Source of the DNA: Macrostomum hystrix
Taxonomy: Eukaryota; Animalia; Platyhelminthes
Direction of reading: 5' to 3'
Assembly (NCBI GenBank): GCA_950097015.1
Contig: CATNEN010000030.1
Span: 1,798,001 to 1,862,000, forward strand
DNA length: 64,000 nt
Shown: piece by piece, positions 59,077 through 64,000 of the stretch
How positions within the stretch are numbered: position 1 is the first letter of the stretch
How the letters are laid out: each line of letters starts with the position of its first letter
Notes under the pieces: model-generated
The model's input: only the letters and a program-made list of their open reading frames with translations
Database searches by the model: none
Told to the model about the DNA's origin: nothing
Made by a program: the position numbers and the translations under genes

Positions 59077-62000
59077 ATGCAGCTTAAGAGGCCCGCTACA
59101 ACTGAACTACTGGCAACGTCGTCTGCCAAAATTGCAGTCACAATATTGCTACTGCTTTTGCTGCTGCAATTATTTGCGACGGTCAGCCATGCTGATATTA
59201 AAACAAACCGAAATGGCGCTCCGAGTGACGCCAGCGGCACAAAGTCTGGCGCTTCGAGTGACGCCAGCGGCGCAAAGTCTGGCGCTCCGAGTGACGCCAG
59301 CGGCGCAAAGTCTGGCGCTCCGAGTGACGCCAGCGGCGCAAAGTCTGGCGCTCCGAGTGACGCCAGCGGCGCAAAGTCTGGCGCTCCGAGTGACGCCAGC
59401 GGCGCAAAGTCTGGCGCTCCGAGTGACGCCAGCGGCGCAAAGTCTGGCGCTCCGAGTGACGCCAGCGGCGCAAAGTCTGGCGCTCCGAGTGACGCCAGCG
59501 GCGCAAAGTCTGGCGCTCCGAGTGACGCCAGCGGCGCAAAGTCTGGCGCTCGACCGAGCGGCAGCAAAGCAGAGGAGGCTCTGCCAGCGCAGTGGAGAGC
59601 CTGCCGACTGATGCGACGCTCCGGTAGGAGGCCGCTGAAACTGGATTGCCGTAAAAGCGGCCTGGACAAAGTGCCGTCAGATCCACCTGCCGGAGTCTCC
59701 GTTGTACTCCTAGGCGGAAACGTGTTCCGCGACCTGCGCTCCGTCCAGCTGCCCGGCATTGTCCGCCTGGATCTCAGCGGCTGTGCCATCGCCGACATTC
59801 AGCAGTATGCCCTGACCGGCGCCAGGAGTCTCGAGCATCTCGACCTCACCGGCAACGAGCTGAGGAGCCTGAACCCCGACAGTCTTAGGCCGCTAGCCGG
59901 CCTGCAGGATCTGGTGCTGGCTCAGAACCGGCTAACAGGAATACCTTCCCTGCCCTGCGACCAACTGGGCCGCCTGCATTCGCTGAACCTCGCTGCCAAC
60001 GATATTACATCAGCTCGCCTGCCAGATGAATTCGGCCAGTGCCAGAGTCTGCACACCCTGATCCTGTCGGGCAACCGGCGCCTCACTGAGCTGCTCTCCG
60101 GCGATTTCAACGCTTTGAAAGGCCGCAGCGGTCTGCAGGTCCTCAAAATGGCCGCCTGTCCTTTGAAACGATTTGATGCGGACTCGCTGATACCACTAAA
60201 GGACAGTCTACGACACCTTGGACCTCTCCGGCATTCAGGTGACCATCGAGCCTTTGCTAGAGGGCCTGTCTCAACTGAAAGACCTGCGCTGGCTGCGCCT
60301 GCACCGCGTGACCCTAGAACGGCTGCGGCTGGCTGACTTGGCGAGGGGCTTATCTAGACTGCACAGCCTACAGGTGAGGCCAATGCCGTGTGACAGCTAA
60401 GGGGTTTGAGTACGACAGGTAAGAGGTTGGGTCTTGGGAGTGACAGCTAAGGCCCTTAGTGGTTGGGTGTGACAGCTGACGGGTGTGACATCTAAGGGAT
60501 TGGGTGTGACCGATAAGGGATTGGGTGTGACATCTAAGGGATTGGGTGTGACATCTAAGAATTGGGTGTGACATCTAAGAATTGGGTGTGACATCTAAGG
60601 ATTGGGTGTGACATCTAAGAATTGGGTGTGACATCTAAGAATTGGGTGTGACATCTAAGGGATTGGGTGTGACATCTAAGGGATTGGGTGTGACATCTAA
60701 GGGATTGGGTGTGACCGATAAGGGATTGGGTGTGACATCTAAGGGATTGGGTGTGACATCTAAGGGATTGGGTGTGACATCTAAGAATTGGGTGTGACAT
60801 CTAAGGGATTGGGTGTGACATCTAAGGGATTGGGTGTGACATCTAAGGGATTGGGTGTGACATCTAAGAATTGGGTGTGACATCTAAGAATTGGGTGTGA
60901 CCGCTAAGACTGGGTGTTACTATGCTCTCTCATTTCACAGGTGACATGCGTGAACGCTGTCAGCAGGCCTCTGTCACTGACTGACCGGGCGACATTCGGC
61001 CAGGGCACCAAATTTCTGGAGCACCTGCAGCTTGACGACTGCGGATTGAACAGTTTTGACTATCAGGTAAAAATTTGGTCATTGGAACACTCTTGAAACT
61101 GTATCTGTCCCCAATCCTCCAGCTATCCCACACCATCCCCAATCCTCCAGCTATCCCACACCATCCCCAATCCTCCAGCTATCCCACACCATCCCCAATC
61201 CAGCTATCCCACACCATCCCCAATCCAGCTATCCCACACCATCCCCAATCCAGCTATCCCACACCATCCCCAATCCTCCAGCTATCCCACACCATCCCCA
61301 ATCCAGCTATCCCACACCATCCCCAATCCTCCAGCTATCCCACACCATCCCCAATCCAGCTATCCCACACCATCCCCAATCCAGCTATCCCACACCATCC
61401 CCAATTCAGGTATCCCACACCATCCCCAATCCTCCAGCTATCCCACACCATCCCCAATCCAGCTATCCCACACCATCCCCAATCCTCCAGCTATCCCACA
61501 CCATCCCCAATTCAGCTATCCCACACCATCCCCAATCCAGCTATCCCACACCATCCCCAATCCTCCAGCTATCCCACACCATCCCCAATTCAGCTATCCC
61601 ACACCATCCCCAATTCAGCTATCCCACACCATCCCCAATCCAGCTATCCCAGACCATCCCTAATCCTCCAGCTATCCCACACCATCCCCAATTCAGCTAT
61701 CCCACACCATCCCCAATCCTCCAGCTATCCCACACCATCCCCAATTCAGCTATCCCACACCATCCCCAATCCAGCTATCCCACACCATCCCCAATTCAGC
61801 TATCCCACACCATCCCCAATCCAGCTATCCCAGACCATCCCTAATCCTCCAGCTATCCCACACCATCCCTAATCCTCCAGCTATCCCACACCATCCCTAA
61901 TCCTCCAGCTATCCCACACCATCCCTAATCCTCCAGCTATCCCACACCATCCCTAATCCTCCAGCTATCCCACACCATCCCTAATCCTCCAGCTATCCCA

Positions 62001-63187
62001 CACCATCCCCAATTCAGCTATCCCACACCATCCCCAATTCAGCTATCCCACACCATCCCCAATCCAGCTATCCCAGACCATCCCTAATCCTCCAGCTATC
62101 CCACACCATCCCTAATCCTCCAGCTATCCCACACCATCCCTAATCCTCCAGCTATCCCACACCATCCCTAATCCTCCAGCTATCCCACACCATCCCTAAT
62201 CCTCCAGCTATCCCACACCATCCCTAATCCTCCAGCTATCCCACACCATCCCTAATCCTCCAGCTATCCCACACCATCCCTAATCCTCCAGCTATCCCAG
62301 ACCATCCCTAATCCTCCAGCTATCCCACACCATCCCTAATCCTCCAGCTATCCCACACCATCCCTAATCTTACAGCTATCCCAGAGGACCCAGACCATCC
62401 CTAATCCTCCAGCTATCCCACACCATCCCTAATCCTCCAGCTATCCCACACCATCCCTAATCTTACAGCTATCCCAGAGGACCCAGACCATCCCTAATCC
62501 TCCAGCTATCCCACACCATCCCTAATCTTACAGCTATCCCAGAGGACCCAGACCATCCCTAATCCTCCAGCTATCCCATACCATCCCCAATCCAGCTATC
62601 CCACACCATCCCCAACCCAGCTATCCCACAACATCCCCAACCCAGCTATCCCACACCATCCCCAACCCAGCTATCCCACAACATCCCCAACCCAGCTATC
62701 CCACACCATCCCCAACCCAGCTATCCCACAACATCCCCAACCCAGCTATCCCACACCATCCCCAACCCAGCTATCCCACACCATCCCCAAACCAGCTTTC
62801 CCACACCATCCCCAATCCTCCCGAATCCCCACTCCCCAGGTGACTGGACTATCAAATCTGCACACCTTGGAGCTGTCAAGAAACCGCCTGACGACGATAC
62901 CTTTGGGCCTGCCGGCGCAGCTGACTCAGCTGTTTCTGAGCGGCAACCGGATTCAGCTGGTGCCCGAAGGCAGCTTTCTCAGCCTGACTCACCTGACCCG
63001 GCTGGACCTGTCGCGCAATTATTTGACCTCAGTCAGCGGCGCTTTCAACTTTGCCTGCCGAGCTCCGTCCCTGACTGAACTGGTGCTGGACCTGGCCGAA
63101 CTGGAAGTGATGAAGCGCAGAGGCCGCTTCAACGCGCCGCCGCCCGATATTCCAGCCGGTTCATCGATGGGGAAGAAAAGAAAAAAG
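59077..63187 (+). CDS. Extracellular leucine-rich-repeat protein (signal peptide, Ser/Gly/Ala repeat spacer, LRRNT, many LRRs); 3' end not resolved
   Basis: Exon 59077-60373 (one-base frame break near 60218), exon 60941-61066, and exon 62840 to about 63187, with phase-0 GT-AG junctions. LRRNT CRL...LDCRKSGLDKVP. LRRs LDLSGCAI, LEHLDLTGNEL, LQDLVLAQNRL, LHSLNLAANDI, LHTLILSGN, LHTLELSRNRL, LTQLFLSGNRI, LTRLDLSRNYL. Confidence 0.82.
59215..59544 (+). repeat. Coding 33-bp tandem repeat, 10 copies, encoding GAPSDASGAKS
   Basis: In frame between the signal peptide and LRRNT of the LRR gene. Confidence 0.95.
60400..60915. repeat. 21-bp tandem repeat (GGGTGTGACATCTAAGGGATT), LRR intron 1
   Basis: Direct periodicity. 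Confidence 0.93.
61105..62825. repeat. 25/28-bp C-rich tandem repeat (CAGCTATCCCACACCATCCCCAATC[CTC]), LRR intron 2
   Basis: Direct periodicity over 1.7 kb. Confidence 0.95.
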
Positions 63188-63354
63188 GTGAGCTTCAATC
63201 GAGAGCATGGGAGCATCGAAGCAATGTGGAAAGTGGAATTTAAGTAGCGAAAACTGACAAGCTTGAAAGGATTCGAAGCTCGAAGATTGAAATTTCTCAC
63301 GAGTTGAATTAAAAAACCGGGATTTTTTAGGCGGGACTTCCACAGCTTGGTGAT

Positions 63355-64000
63355 CCGAGGCGAGTTTGGGATCTGTGGAAGTTGGGTATTTGGTGCAAAT
63401 TTGGGATCTGATTCGAATTGGGGATCTGGGGCGAGTTTGGGATCTGGGCCGAGTTTGGGATCTGATTCGAATTGGGGATCTGGGGCGAGTTTGGGATCTG
63501 GGGCGAGTTTGGGATCTGGGGCGAGTTTGTGATCTGGGGCAAGTTTGGGATCTGATTCGAATTGGGGATCTGGGGCGAGTTTGGGATCTGCGGCGAGTTT
63601 GGGATCTGATTCGAATTGGGGATCTGGGGCGAGTTGGGGATCTGATTCGAATTGGGGATCTGGGGCGAGTTGGTGATCTGATTCGAATTGTGGATCTGGG
63701 GCGAGTTGGGGATCTGATTCGAATTGTGGATCTGGGGCGACTTGGGGATCTGATTCGAATTGAGGATCTGGGGCGAGTTTGTGATCTGCGGCGAGTTTGG
63801 GATCTGATTCGAATTGGGTATCTGGGGCGAGTTGGTGATCTGATTCGAATTGTGGATCTGGGGCGAGTTTGGGATCTGGGGCGAGTTTGTGATCTGGGGC
63901 AAGTTTGGGATCTGATTCGAATTGGGGATCTGGGGCGAGTTGGGGATCTGATTCGAATTGGGGATCTGGGGCGAGTTGGGGATCTGATTCGAATTGGGGA
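63355..64000. repeat. G-rich 18/24-bp composite tandem repeat (GGGATCTGGGGCGAGTTT / GGGATCTGATTCGAATTG), runs off the window
   Basis: Direct periodicity. Confidence 0.93.

Noticed and set aside
60400-60915. Interstitial telomeric repeat
   Set aside because: The unit contains TAAGGG/TTGGG but is a 21-mer, not (TTAGGG)n.
4149-63902. Long low-complexity ORFs in the ORF track (for example 4228-4605, 14482-14931, 25308-26081, 26698-27408, 46549-47226, 47679-48269, 48673-49455, 56541-57761, 61075-61872, 63327-63902)
   Set aside because: Each coincides with a stop-free minisatellite, and most lie in introns of other genes or are open on both strands.
803-64000. Tandem arrays as CRISPR loci
   Set aside because: Units are head-to-tail with no unique spacers, there are no cas genes, and the context is a spliced eukaryotic genome.

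Overview
Eukaryotic (invertebrate animal) genomic DNA with GC-rich exons and AT-rich, minisatellite-filled introns and intergenic space. The style is consistent with a free-living flatworm such as Macrostomum, but that assignment is inference. Six protein-coding genes are supported: (1) a single-exon class A peptide-type GPCR (- strand, 6124-7506); (2) a 5-exon polypeptide GalNAc-transferase (GALNT, + strand, 13998-18012, 604 aa, all splice phases consistent); (3) a small secreted orphan protein, possibly a divergent cystine-knot (- strand, 19614-20126); (4) a Venus kinase receptor-type RTK with a Venus flytrap domain, TM segment and tyrosine kinase, and apparently a second N-terminal solute-binding-like domain (- strand, 26054 to about 35789); (5) a dve/Compass-class homeobox gene with two homeodomains (+ strand, 50733-55784); (6) a secreted or surface LRR protein with ten coding Asp-Ala-Ser-Gly repeats (+ strand, from 59077, probably running off the window). 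Non-coding content includes more than 25 distinct tandem arrays (13-55 bp units, up to 4.1 kb), two tRNA-derived SINE families, two inverted copies of a hAT-type MITE, a hAT element with a perfect 8-bp TSD carrying a 1.6-kb minisatellite, and RTE-like LINE remnants. There is no CRISPR array, rRNA or true tRNA. Most long ORFs in the ORF track are artefacts of stop-free tandem repeats. All annotation is by eye with no database searches, and repeat boundaries are approximate.
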